Positions 9,754 to 18,742 of a stretch of DNA of 64,000 nucleotides are shown here, in pieces. The position numbers and the translations under genes are program-made. How positions within the stretch are numbered: position 1 is the first letter of the stretch; each line of letters starts with the position of its first letter. The notes beneath the pieces are model-generated. The model had not been told where the DNA came from. It saw only the letters and a program-made list of their open reading frames with translations, and ran no database searches. The stretch spans positions 6,512 through 70,511 of the forward strand of contig CAZEEW010000001.1 of assembly GCA_964511375.1 (NCBI GenBank), in the 5' to 3' direction. The stretch comes from an uncultured Gammaproteobacteria bacterium (GTDB taxonomy: Bacteria; Patescibacteriota; Patescibacteriia; Magasanikbacterales; GWA2-37-8).

Positions 9754-10291
9754 CAAGTTTCTTCTTCGCAGCAATATAATCTAATCTCACCTTCCTTTTC
9801 ATGGCCAATTTTTTTCTGGTTGGAATTTCTTCCCTTATATAGCTTTCGTCGATCACTCTTGTGATTTTTTTAGGATTCTTTACTAGACCATAAGTCTGCA
9901 CAGTGACCAAATCACCTTCAGCCGTTTTTGCCTTGGCAACAATATCTTCAGACATCCCGTAGTCTATCATCTCCCACTCCCGCAAATACTCAAATTCTTC
10001 TGGACTAATGTACCAGATCTTTCCTCTGACGGTTTTATTAGGGTTCTGGCGTATGGCATAGAGCTCATAAGCCTTGCCAAAATTCTTGCTAATTATTTCT
10101 CGAGGAGACAATTTCAATGGTGAATTTTTTGGAATTTTATTACTTAAGTCTTTAGTAGTCAATAAGCACATCTCGTATCCGAGTAATTCGGCATCCTCAA
10201 ATAATAATTTCCTTCTTCCAAACAGGGCTCTGAGACCCTCAATATTTTCCTTGACAACATAAGAAAAAAACTTGACTAAATTCTTTTTCAT
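9743..10291 (-). CDS. GGCT/AIG2-like paralog lacking the N-terminal YFGYGTN signature (possibly catalytically divergent)
   Basis: Aligns by eye with 8070..8624 over the C-terminal 120 aa. N-terminus reads FFSYVVKEN instead of YFGYGTN. Confidence 0.55.
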   Translation of the reverse strand: MKKNLVKFFSYVVKENIEGLRALFGRRKLLFEDAELLGYEMCLLTTKDLSNKIPKNSPLKLSPREIISKNFGKAYELYAIRQNPNKTVRGKIWYISPEEFEYLREWEMIDYGMSEDIVAKAKTAEGDLVTVQTYGLVKNPKKITRVIDESYIREEIPTRKKLAMKRKVRLDYIAAKKKLVKV

Positions 10292-10426
10292 AAAAATTAT
10301 AAATTATCTGGTAGAGATTATATCTGAGACGTATTATTTAGGCAACAGACTCAACGCTTGGACAAGTATCTTATTCTTAATTATACCACACACTTCAATC
10401 GCCCGCCCGGGGTCTTGTTTAGCCCT

Positions 10427-10472
10427 TGACAAGTTCGTTGTATTAATATATCATTCAAATACATATTTGAAT
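10427..10472 (+). promoter_or_regulatory. Promoter (TTGACA-16-TATCAT) overlapping a 9-2-9 palindromic operator ATTCAAATA-ca-TATTTGAAT immediately upstream of the ArsR-family gene
   Basis: Hexamers and inverted repeat read directly. Operator lies between -10 and the start codon, the typical ArsR/SmtB autoregulation layout. Confidence 0.5.
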
Positions 10473-10477
10473 GTATT

Positions 10478-10771
10478 ATGACTAAAAAGCCTAGCTTAGT
10501 AAAGCTTAAAGCGTTAGCAAATCGTCTACAGGTTGCTTCTGAACCAACGCGTTTACAAATATTGTGCTTAATCTTTAATAAAGAGAACCCTTGCGTTTCG
10601 GAAATTGCCAAAGAGCTTCAACTAAGTATTGCTGTTGTCTCACACCACCTCCAGGCTCTATATGGGGCTAAACTACTAGAACCTAGTCGTGCAGGAAAAA
10701 AAATTTGTTACAACTTAATTAAAAACAATTTTACCGAAGATTTAAAAAATTTAATTTGTAAATACAAATAA
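10478..10771 (+). CDS. ArsR/SmtB-family HTH transcriptional regulator
   Basis: Winged-helix signature with ...QILCLIF...CVSEIAKELQLSIAVVSHHLQALYGAKLL.... Confidence 0.7.
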   Translation: MTKKPSLVKLKALANRLQVASEPTRLQILCLIFNKENPCVSEIAKELQLSIAVVSHHLQALYGAKLLEPSRAGKKICYNLIKNNFTEDLKNLICKYK

Positions 10772-10776
10772 ATTGT

Positions 10777-11010
10777 ATGCCAAATAAAGTTCTTGTTTAC
10801 TCGACACCAACTTGCCCATATTGTCATATGGCCAAAGACTACTTTAAAAATAATGGGGTTGAATTTACTGATTACAATGTTGCCCTCGATCAGGAGAAGG
10901 CGCAAGAAATGATTAAAAAAAGTGGACAAATGGGAGTACCAGTTATAGATATTAACGGACAAATAATCGTTGGCTTTCGGCCAGACGTATTCCAACAGCT
11001 TCTCAAGTAG
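10777..11010 (+). CDS. Glutaredoxin/NrdH-like redoxin (CPYC active site)
   Basis: 77 aa, TCPYC motif, C-terminal GVPV..ING. Confidence 0.8.
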   Translation: MPNKVLVYSTPTCPYCHMAKDYFKNNGVEFTDYNVALDQEKAQEMIKKSGQMGVPVIDINGQIIVGFRPDVFQQLLK

Positions 11011-11056
11011 CGTTAATTTATAGAGACAACCTATCCACATCTTCGTCTTTAGCATA

Positions 11057-11085
11057 TTGACCTCCAGCCCTAAAACGGGTATAAT
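11057..11085 (+). promoter_or_regulatory. Sigma70-type promoter TTGACC-17-TATAAT
   Basis: Read directly. 48 nt upstream of the small acidic ORF. Confidence 0.45.
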
Positions 11086-11133
11086 TATCTCTAATCTCAG
11101 CTACCCTAAGCTGGAAAAAATTAGCCTAAATAT

Positions 11134-11292
11134 ATGTTATATACAAATTTTAACTTCGATGACGAAGAAAACCTAAACAGCGGTCTTGGCGATGACAATT
11201 CCGATGATGACGCCGGGGCCACACTTGGCGATGACAATATGGATGGTGAAGAGGATGAAGACCTCGACGACGATACTTCAGACGATATGTAA
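11134..11292 (+). CDS. Small hyper-acidic protein (52 aa, about half Asp/Glu): MLYTNFNFDDEENLNSGLGDDNSDDDAGATLGDDNMDGEEDEDLDDDTSDDM
   Basis: Below the 60-aa ORF-track cutoff; found by manual translation. Own promoter and hairpin terminator (CCCCCGA-atttaa-TCGGGGG plus T-run at 11299..11326). Confidence 0.4.
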   Translation: MLYTNFNFDDEENLNSGLGDDNSDDDAGATLGDDNMDGEEDEDLDDDTSDDM

Positions 11293-11333
11293 AAATTTCC
11301 CCCGAATTTAATCGGGGGATTTTTTAATCTTAA

Positions 11334-12272
11334 ATGTACATGAAAAAAATACCAGAGATTTTAGTGGTTGGTCTACCCAAACCACATGGGGAAATAAAAG
11401 GTGCCTGGTATAATGGTTACCCGGTACACAAGGGTTTTACAGATGACAGCCTAAACTTTGCCACGGTTTTTGCACGTGACCATCATATTATTCCTAACCA
11501 AAAAATCGTAATCCGTGATCATAATAATTTTTTGGCGACTCTCAGAGAGGCTGGCTTCAAGCTTCGTGTCTTGTCGTTTCCAGAAAACCTTAACCAGGCA
11601 GATTCTCTTCACCACGACGGGGTATTTATTCGGGACTCCGGTTTCTGGTTTAAAGATTATTGGATTAAGTCTAACTACGCTGTTAAAGACCGTCGACCAG
11701 AAGCAAATACTTGGGCCGAAATAATTGGAAAGAGATTTAATAAAACTATTGCCACTCCGCCACCTGGGGCATATATTGAATTTGGTGAGGTATATTATTT
11801 TAAAACTTCAGCCGGAACCTACTATTTCGGTGGCCTCTCTCGCTCGAACGAAAAGGGCCATCGTTTTGCTCGGTCAATTATTAAGCCGGATCATTTTATT
11901 CTTTTACACTCTCACGGCTATCATCTCGACACGGTCATGACCCCGCTCATTAGTCAAAACCAGGAGCTGGTCGGCCTCGTGATAACAAAAAATATGTTCC
12001 GGGAAGATAGTTTAGAAAAATTAAAGAAACTTAATCTACCGCTTATTACAGTCGGGCCAATGGATTCCTCTGGATCAGGCAACAGGCTGGGTACTTACCA
12101 CGTCAATTGTTTACCTGGTCCGGGTGTCTTGGTAAATACGGGTAAATTTCTAACACCAGGGGTAGAAGAAAAAATTAAAGCTTTAGGCATCAAACGGTAC
12201 TACTCACCCCTCACCTACTTCCGTTACGCCGGCGGATCTTACCACTGCCTAACTAACGAAATAAATAGTTAA
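11334..12272 (+). CDS. Amidinotransferase-superfamily enzyme (arginine deiminase / DDAH / amidinotransferase-like fold), C-terminal GGSYHCLT catalytic-Cys-like motif
   Basis: 312 aa. The C-terminal G-G-x-x-H-C-x-T pattern is characteristic of guanidino-group modifying enzymes. Confidence 0.45.
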   Translation: MYMKKIPEILVVGLPKPHGEIKGAWYNGYPVHKGFTDDSLNFATVFARDHHIIPNQKIVIRDHNNFLATLREAGFKLRVLSFPENLNQADSLHHDGVFIRDSGFWFKDYWIKSNYAVKDRRPEANTWAEIIGKRFNKTIATPPPGAYIEFGEVYYFKTSAGTYYFGGLSRSNEKGHRFARSIIKPDHFILLHSHGYHLDTVMTPLISQNQELVGLVITKNMFREDSLEKLKKLNLPLITVGPMDSSGSGNRLGTYHVNCLPGPGVLVNTGKFLTPGVEEKIKALGIKRYYSPLTYFRYAGGSYHCLTNEINS

Positions 12273-12274
12273 AC

Positions 12275-12308
12275 AAAAAACCCGCCTCTTCGGCGGGATT
12301 TTATTTTT
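12275..12308. terminator. Bidirectional terminator (CCCGCC-tcttc-GGCGGG with flanking A-run and T-run)
   Basis: Between convergent 11334..12272 (+) and efp (-). Confidence 0.65.
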
Positions 12309-12310
12309 AA

Positions 12311-12880
12311 TTAAGCCCTTGCAGAATAATCACCGGTTTCGGTATTTACTAATATTTCTTCTCCTTCTTTAATAAAGATTGGAGCTTGAATTTTAAGACC
12401 GTTATCCAAAGTAATTTCTTTTGTCACATTTCCCGAAGCACTATCCCCTTTAACGGCTGGCGGCGCTTCTGCTACTCTGTATTGTATCTTCTTTGGCAAC
12501 TGAATACTGACTGCTCTACCTTCATACATACCAACAATTACTTCTAGACCTTCTTTCAAGAATTTTGCATCTGAACCAATTAAATCCCCATCCATTTCAA
12601 TCTGTTCGTAATCCTGGGTATTCATGAAGGCATAGTTATCGCCGCTTTGATAAAGATATTGCATGGTCTGAAACTGTACCTGAACAATGTCAACGCTTTC
12701 ACTGGTTTTGTAAGTATTTTCAATTACCTTACCGTTGCTCAAATTTTTCATTCTCGTACGCACAAAAGCTGCGCCCTTACCAGGGTTTATATGTTGGAAT
12801 TCAACAACAACAAACAGGTCGTTTTGCTGGCGTATTACCACACCTTTTCTAATATCTGATGTCGGAGCCATAGTACACAA
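12311..12880 (-). CDS. efp: Translation elongation factor P
   Basis: Full-length similarity to EF-P (KGxxVIR..., GKGAAFVRTRMKNL, C-terminal OB domains). Probable true start is the internal Met (MAPTSD) at 12871. Confidence 0.9.
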   Translation of the reverse strand: MCTMAPTSDIRKGVVIRQQNDLFVVVEFQHINPGKGAAFVRTRMKNLSNGKVIENTYKTSESVDIVQVQFQTMQYLYQSGDNYAFMNTQDYEQIEMDGDLIGSDAKFLKEGLEVIVGMYEGRAVSIQLPKKIQYRVAEAPPAVKGDSASGNVTKEITLDNGLKIQAPIFIKEGEEILVNTETGDYSARA

Positions 12881-12928
12881 AAATATTTAAACACAAAAAA
12901 TCCTTCGCGCTTAGCGCTCAAGGAAATT

Positions 12929-13162
12929 TTATTTTGGTAAGTAAGGCATCAAAGCAGCTTCACGAGCACGTTTAATGGCAGAAGCAACAGTTCTCTGATG
13001 CTTAGCACACAAACCGCTGCGGCGTCGTGGAGCAATTTTCATATAGGAAGATACGAAACGGCGTAAAGTGTTTACGTCTTTGTAATCCACCACTAATTTA
13101 TTATTGGTACAGTAATAACACTCTTTATTACTGTTCTTTGTTTCTTTTTTAACTGGTAACAT
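12929..13162 (-). CDS. rpsR: 30S ribosomal protein S18
   Basis: CYYC...DYKDVNTLRRF...KHQRTVASAIKRAREAALMPY. Confidence 0.9.
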   Translation of the reverse strand: MLPVKKETKNSNKECYYCTNNKLVVDYKDVNTLRRFVSSYMKIAPRRRSGLCAKHQRTVASAIKRAREAALMPYLPK

Positions 13163-13190
13163 AACAATTAATTAGTAATTCTTCTCTTTA

Positions 13191-13616
13191 TTAAAATGGG
13201 ATATCTTCGACTTTAATTTCTTCTTCGCTTGGCTCAACTGGACCAGAAACAGACTGTCCGGACTGGCTACCCAAACCTTCACCGCGTGCAGAATCTAACA
13301 TGATAATATTTTCACCTACTATCTCAGTGCGGCTTTTCTTGGCTCCGTCTTGCGCAGTCCATTCACGAGTCTGTAAACGCCCCTCCACATAAACACGAGC
13401 GCCCTTTTTTAAATATTGACTCGCAATTTCTGCCAACTTGGACCATAACACGACATTGTGGTATTCAACTTGTTTTTGCTTTTGACCATTTTGGTCAGTC
13501 CATTGACGATTGGTTGCGACTCCAAGTACTGCTACCGATTTACCAGTTGGTAAACTACGGAGTTCTGGATCTCTGGTCAACCGTCCAATGATTGTAGCGC
13601 GGTTTAGGTCCATCAT
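13191..13616 (-). CDS. ssb: Single-stranded DNA-binding protein
   Basis: OB-fold SSB signature with C-terminal acidic tail ending DIPF. Sits between rpsF and rpsR as in the conserved operon. Confidence 0.9.
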   Translation of the reverse strand: MMDLNRATIIGRLTRDPELRSLPTGKSVAVLGVATNRQWTDQNGQKQKQVEYHNVVLWSKLAEIASQYLKKGARVYVEGRLQTREWTAQDGAKKSRTEIVGENIIMLDSARGEGLGSQSGQSVSGPVEPSEEEIKVEDIPF

Positions 13617-13642
13617 ATTTTTAAAGTTAGAGTTAATTAAAT

Positions 13643-14098
13643 TTAGGAATTAGAAATAATATTTCCATCCAAAATCTCATCCAACTTCTTGTTGATATCC
13701 TCAACATTAATGTCTTCCTTTTTCTCTTCTTTCTTTACTTCTTCCTCAGACTCCTGCATGGTGGTTACACCAATACTATTGGTAGTATAGTTGATCTTTT
13801 GAGTTGTAGAAACATTAGTATTGAAGTGAGTAATCATGGCCCGAAGTAAATCACGCATTAGACGCAATTTATCTTGTAATTCACGGGCTTTGGCTGCTTC
13901 AGCTTCAAATACGATAGTATAGAAGTATCCGTAGCGAATTTGCTTAACTGGATAGGCCAAGCGATTTTTACCTTGGTTATTGGTTTCAACGTTCTCGCCG
14001 TGTTCCTTGACGACGCTAACGACCTCCCCCAATCTCTTTTCCGCTTCGTTGTCATCAAGCGTACCAGGCAAGATCAAGAGTAATTCGTATTTTTGCAT
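13643..14098 (-). CDS. rpsF: 30S ribosomal protein S6 with acidic C-terminal extension
   Basis: MQKYELLLIL...RLAYPV...GYFYTIVFEA. Confidence 0.9.
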   Translation of the reverse strand: MQKYELLLILPGTLDDNEAEKRLGEVVSVVKEHGENVETNNQGKNRLAYPVKQIRYGYFYTIVFEAEAAKARELQDKLRLMRDLLRAMITHFNTNVSTTQKINYTTNSIGVTTMQESEEEVKKEEKKEDINVEDINKKLDEILDGNIISNS

Positions 14099-14210
14099 AA
14101 CAAAAAAATATTAGTTAACAACTTTCTTCTCTCTGGAGCAAGCAGAGTTGAAGACCAAAGGCTAATAGTTACGCCATTATCTTAGCAAGAACAAGGAAAA
14201 AAGTCAATAT

Positions 14211-14657
14211 TTAAGGCTCTCTGCGCTCTTCTCTCTCCTGAGTTTCTTTAATTATCGGTTCTTCGCCCTTTAATTTCTCATCATTAAGCATAAAAACCGC
14301 CAAAATAAAGCCGGTCGTCAATACGGATAAAATATACATCTCAGCAGCAACTGCCATACCGATTGCTGCGGCCATCCATAGGCCAGCGGCTGTAGTTAAG
14401 CCCTCGATATGCTCATTTTTACGAATTATCATGCCCGCACCCAAAAAGCCAATGCCCGTAACAATTTGTGCCGCTACCCGTGACGTGTCTTCGCCGAAAA
14501 CCTTTAAAGACAAAATCGTAAATAGGGTCGACCCAGCTGTCACTAGAGCATAAGTGCGGGGACCGGCCGCTCTACCCCGCTTTTCTCTTTGCCAGCCTAA
14601 AATTCCGCCTAAAACTACTGCCAAAACTATTTGACCAAAAAAATATAGCTCGTTCAT
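14211..14657 (-). CDS. MgtC/SapB-family membrane protein
   Basis: LAVVLGGILGWQREKRGRAAGPRTYALV motif with 4-5 TM helices. Confidence 0.65.
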   Translation of the reverse strand: MNELYFFGQIVLAVVLGGILGWQREKRGRAAGPRTYALVTAGSTLFTILSLKVFGEDTSRVAAQIVTGIGFLGAGMIIRKNEHIEGLTTAAGLWMAAAIGMAVAAEMYILSVLTTGFILAVFMLNDEKLKGEEPIIKETQEREERREP

Positions 14658-14766
14658 ATTGTTAGTTATTATATACGGATATTATACCATTTGGTCCTTT
14701 TGTGTTAAACTACCAACTAAGCATTGACTTAATTTCTGTTTACTGATATATTATTTCTGTTTTTTA

Positions 14767-14839
14767 GGGCCAATAGCTCAGCTGGTAGAGCAACGCCTTT
14801 GCAAGGCGAAGGTCAGGAGTTCGAATCTCCTTTGGTCCA
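14767..14839 (+). tRNA. tRNA-Ala (anticodon TGC) with G3:U70 identity pair
   Basis: Hand-folded cloverleaf: acceptor GGGCCAA/TTGGTCC, anticodon loop TTTGCAA. Confidence 0.85.
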
Positions 14840-14860
14840 CAGATGCTAGAGACATCATAA

Positions 14861-14932
14861 GCCGAGGTAGCTCAGTGGTAGAGCGAAGGACTGAAAATCC
14901 TTGCGTCGCGGGTCCGATCCCCGCCCTCGGCA
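14861..14932 (+). tRNA. tRNA-Phe (anticodon GAA)
   Basis: Acceptor GCCGAGG/CCTCGGC, anticodon loop CTGAAAA, T-arm GCGGG-TCCGATC-CCCGC. Confidence 0.85.
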
Positions 14933-14939
14933 CCGACAA

Positions 14940-15013
14940 CGGGGATTAGCGCAGTTGGCTAGCGCGTCTGGTTTGGGACCAGAAGGTCGTGGGTTCAAGT
15001 CCCACATCCCCGA
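14940..15013 (+). tRNA. tRNA-Pro (anticodon TGG)
   Basis: Acceptor CGGGGAT/ATCCCCG, anticodon stem TCTGG/CCAGA, loop TTTGGGA. Confidence 0.8.
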
Positions 15014-15015
15014 CA

Positions 15016-15050
15016 AAAACAACCTAATATAACAGGGTTGTTTTGTTTTT
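15016..15050 (+). terminator. Rho-independent terminator after the tRNA cluster (AACAACC...GGTTGTT plus T-run)
   Basis: Hairpin plus TTTTGTTTTT read directly. Confidence 0.6.
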
Positions 15051-15120
15051 CTTTATTAACTTTTAAGGCTAGATATGATATAATCCGGGAGAGAAAACTT
15101 AATTATGACTACACTTCAAT

Positions 15121-16440
15121 ATGTTTGAAAGCATAGAGGTAAGGCTTTTACTCTCGGTTTTATTAGGCGCCGCCATTGGATTGGAACGGGAAAGCGGCGG
15201 TCGGTCTGACGAAATTGGATCGGTTGGCGGAATCAGAACCTTCTCTTTAGCCTGTCTGCTTGGTGGTCTAGCTGGTATTTTCTACACTAAAAATCTTACC
15301 TATATTTTTCTTATCGTATCCTCGCTGTTCTCCGTGCTGGTTGTCGCCTATTACATAATAGGGTCTTTGGCCACAAAGAAAACTGGATTAACTAACGAGC
15401 TTTCATTTTTATACACCTTCCTACTTGGATTTCTAATCACCTCTAACATTCTTCCGTTACATATAATCATCGCCGTATTTGTTGTGTTGGTAACAATCCT
15501 TGCTTTTAAGTCAAAAAGTCATGAACTAATTGGCGGAATCTCGCGTAACGAATTGGAATCGTTTATTAGCTATGCAATTATCGCCTTGGTTATTCTACCG
15601 TTTTTACCAAACGTGGGTTATACGCTCTCAGATATTCCTTTTATCCCTTCTTTACTAGAAAGCTACGGCGTTTCACTTGGTCAGTTCGCCACATTAGAAA
15701 TAATTAACCCAAGAAAAGTCTGGTTTATTGTCGTCTTGGTTACAGGCATTGATGTCTTCGGCTATCTCCTGGCAAAGCTCATGGGAAACAAAAAAAGTTT
15801 TACGACCGCCAGCTTTGTTGGTGGGTTCATCTCCTCAACTTCTACCACTCAGTCTCTGGCACAAAAAAGTAAAAAAAGTAAAATAGTAAATTACCTAGTA
15901 GGAGCTGCTGTTCTGGCTAATCTGGCCAGTTTTTTCCAAATCTTCCTTTTGGTTGGACCATTAAACGGTCGGTGGCTAGTATCTATTACCCCAACACTTT
16001 TGATTCTTATACTTACCTCTGGCTTAGTAGCTGCTTACTTTTTGCGAAAAAAAGAGTCGGTTGAAACCGATCAAGAAACAGCCGACAAAAAGAAAATCTT
16101 CTCACTCTTACCAGCTATTAAGTTTGCTGGCATACTTATTCTGGTTAAATTCATTACAAAAATTTGTTTAATCGTCTTTGGTCAATCTGGTTTTGTGATT
16201 AGTTCGATAATCGCTTCTTTCGCTGGAATTGATGCGATCATGGTCAATCTCGCTGACATGGCCGGTAAAACGATCTCCTTCCAATTTGCACTCTTCACCT
16301 TCATACTAGTTAACGCCACGAACTTACTGAGCAAATTTGTATATTCTTTTCTTCAGGGCAGTAGAAAATTCTCGTTGCGTTTTTTGATTGCTGTTGGAAT
16401 TATGAGCGCTTCAACCTTTGTCGGCCTATTATTTATCTAG
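15121..16440 (+). CDS. Membrane protein with MgtC-like N-terminal motif (LGAAIGLERE) and DUF4010-like polytopic C-terminal domain
   Basis: 439 aa, about 10 TM helices, N-terminal MgtC signature. Confidence 0.5.
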   Translation: MFESIEVRLLLSVLLGAAIGLERESGGRSDEIGSVGGIRTFSLACLLGGLAGIFYTKNLTYIFLIVSSLFSVLVVAYYIIGSLATKKTGLTNELSFLYTFLLGFLITSNILPLHIIIAVFVVLVTILAFKSKSHELIGGISRNELESFISYAIIALVILPFLPNVGYTLSDIPFIPSLLESYGVSLGQFATLEIINPRKVWFIVVLVTGIDVFGYLLAKLMGNKKSFTTASFVGGFISSTSTTQSLAQKSKKSKIVNYLVGAAVLANLASFFQIFLLVGPLNGRWLVSITPTLLILILTSGLVAAYFLRKKESVETDQETADKKKIFSLLPAIKFAGILILVKFITKICLIVFGQSGFVISSIIASFAGIDAIMVNLADMAGKTISFQFALFTFILVNATNLLSKFVYSFLQGSRKFSLRFLIAVGIMSASTFVGLLFI

Positions 16441-16473
16441 ATTATTAACTAATTAATATACTTTCATATTCAT

Positions 16474-16992
16474 ATGAAAAAAAGACTTTCTTATTCATTT
16501 CTTGTTGCTGGCGCTGTTCTTGTTCTAGGTGCCGGTTGTACAAAGGACGTAGTAGCTCCACAAACAAACAACACCCCAGCTAATAACCAAAATACTACAA
16601 CACAAAACACTAATAACGCCTCAACCCAAACACCAACCGCGACTGAAACAACCACTGGTGCTGAATTACAAGTTAATCCAGAAGTAAAAATAGTCGTTCC
16701 AACCCCAACACCAAAAACAACTGTTTCTCCAACCACGAAGCCTGCGGTAAAGCCATCGACTAAACCGACTACCAACCCAACTCCCATACTTGATTCTCAA
16801 GCGAGCGTCGTACCAGACAAGCTACCATCTTATGAAGACCCCACTCCAAAACCACAATACGACGCTAACGGTTTTCCTCTAAATCCATACAACATGCAAA
16901 AGTTTTACGACCCAGTAGTAGGTGAGACTTACTACTACGTTGATGGGCAGTGGACACACGAGGATTACGTCTATCCCTACCAAAACCAATAA
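16474..16992 (+). CDS. Lipoprotein (lipobox LGAGC) with Thr/Pro/Asn-rich low-complexity linker
   Basis: Signal peptide plus Cys lipobox. TTQNTNNASTQTPTATETTT... repeats. Confidence 0.6.
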   Translation: MKKRLSYSFLVAGAVLVLGAGCTKDVVAPQTNNTPANNQNTTTQNTNNASTQTPTATETTTGAELQVNPEVKIVVPTPTPKTTVSPTTKPAVKPSTKPTTNPTPILDSQASVVPDKLPSYEDPTPKPQYDANGFPLNPYNMQKFYDPVVGETYYYVDGQWTHEDYVYPYQNQ

Positions 16993-17019
16993 AAGATAAC
17001 GATTACCTCACAAAATGTT

Positions 17020-17640
17020 ATGAAAAAAATTATTCTAATTGTTCTTGCCCTCTTTTTGACTGGTGCTGGTTGTAATTCCCGACAAACAGTAGATAATACC
17101 AATATTATGGAGAGCGGCAAACTTGAAGATGTTACCGCAGAAAAAAATGCAATGACCACTGCACCTGAAGACGCTAATGAAAACAACAATTTAACTCCCC
17201 TTACTATGCTTATCTCAAGTCCGGATTTTGCTGCCGGAGGCACAATCCCTCAACAAAATACATGCGACGGACAAGATATTAATCCGGTTCTTAATATTTC
17301 CGGTGTTCCAGACGCCGCCAAGAGTCTGGCTCTAATTGTTGAAGACCCTGACGCACCAGGTGGGACATTCGTACACTGGGTTATTTGGAACATGGACCCA
17401 AAAACTACGACAATTAGTGAAAATTTCAAACTTGGCAAAACCGGCGTTAATGATTTCGACGAAACACGCTACGGTGGACCTTGTCCACCCGCCAATCACA
17501 GGTACTTCTTCCGTCTTTACGCGCTAGATAATATAATTGAAGCAAAAGGACTTTTAAATGCCAATCAATTACTTAAAGAGATGAGTGGCCACGTCCTTTC
17601 CGAAGCCGAACTAATGGGAAAATACGGTCCGAGTAAATAA
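17020..17640 (+). CDS. Lipoprotein with YbhB/YbcL-type PEBP (phosphatidylethanolamine-binding protein) domain
   Basis: Lipobox TGAGC. PEBP motifs DPDAPGGTFVHW and YGGPCPPANHRYFFRLYALD. Confidence 0.7.
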   Translation: MKKIILIVLALFLTGAGCNSRQTVDNTNIMESGKLEDVTAEKNAMTTAPEDANENNNLTPLTMLISSPDFAAGGTIPQQNTCDGQDINPVLNISGVPDAAKSLALIVEDPDAPGGTFVHWVIWNMDPKTTTISENFKLGKTGVNDFDETRYGGPCPPANHRYFFRLYALDNIIEAKGLLNANQLLKEMSGHVLSEAELMGKYGPSK

Positions 17641-17653
17641 TTAACTTCTTCTC

Positions 17654-18742
17654 ATGACAAAACTGGTCAGGCGGGCAACTCAGCACGCCTTGAATAACCT
17701 GGCCTTTTACTTGAACGGCTCATTTAGTAAGCCTGGTCTTGTTTATCTTAAACTAACGGAGAAGTGTAATTTCCGCTGTGAACATTGTGATATCTGGCGC
17801 TCCAATAACCACCAAGACCTGTTGGTTAAAGACTGGAGAAAAATCATCAACAATCTTAAAACCTTGGTTAAAAAACCAACGATAACAATTTCGGGAGGCG
17901 AACCTCTACTCTATCCCGGCTTTTGGAAACTTGTTGGTTCGTGTAAGTATGAAGGGGCAAGCATTGCTCTAAACACTAACGGCTCGTTCATAACCGAAGC
18001 AGCGGCCGAGCGACTAGTCCAAGCACCATTCTCTAAAATAGAAATTTCTCTTTACACCTTACAGCCAGAAATTCAAAACAAAATGCGTAACACCCCACTT
18101 GCTTTTGAACGAGCCACTCGGGCTCTCGAAGCCCTAGCAAAAGCTAAGAAGAATCTGCCCAGTTCTCAGACGGAAATCCTTGTTGCCTTTTTACTCACCC
18201 AAGTTAATGCTAAAGAAATTGAAGAATTTGTACGGCATTTTACTAAACAAGGAATTTGGACAACGATTCAATCACTCGATACAAATGTTCAAGCTTTAAG
18301 CCAGGAAGATGACTTTCAAGAAGAAAAACAATTAACTGCTAGTGAACTATGGATTAAAGACAAAGAACTAGTTAACAATACTTTTGCTAAATTAGTGGAA
18401 TTGAAAAAAAAGGGATTATTAATCTACAATCGTCTTCCCCAACTAAAGTTAATGCGCAAATATTACCTAGAGGAATGGAAAAATATTGGCCATCTCGCCT
18501 GTCGAGCTGGACATAACAATTTAATAATTTCTAAAAATGGTGATGTATTTTTCTGCTTTAAGGGTCCGCGCATTGGTAATCTCTTAAATCAAGAAGCAAA
18601 AACTATTTGGCGCGGAGCGCGCGCCGAGCATGTTCGCAAGGAAATCCGTAAATGCTCCCGACTCTGTCGTATAATGAACTGTAACTACTCTGGAGGTCTA
18701 ATTACAAAATTAATTGAACACATAAAAAAGCCCAGCAACTAG
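17654..18742 (+). CDS. Radical SAM enzyme with C-terminal Cys-rich SPASM/twitch-like domain
   Basis: CNFRCEHCDIW (CxxxCxxC) plus C-terminal CRAGH...FFCFKG...CSRLCRIMNC. Confidence 0.7.
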   Translation: MTKLVRRATQHALNNLAFYLNGSFSKPGLVYLKLTEKCNFRCEHCDIWRSNNHQDLLVKDWRKIINNLKTLVKKPTITISGGEPLLYPGFWKLVGSCKYEGASIALNTNGSFITEAAAERLVQAPFSKIEISLYTLQPEIQNKMRNTPLAFERATRALEALAKAKKNLPSSQTEILVAFLLTQVNAKEIEEFVRHFTKQGIWTTIQSLDTNVQALSQEDDFQEEKQLTASELWIKDKELVNNTFAKLVELKKKGLLIYNRLPQLKLMRKYYLEEWKNIGHLACRAGHNNLIISKNGDVFFCFKGPRIGNLLNQEAKTIWRGARAEHVRKEIRKCSRLCRIMNCNYSGGLITKLIEHIKKPSN

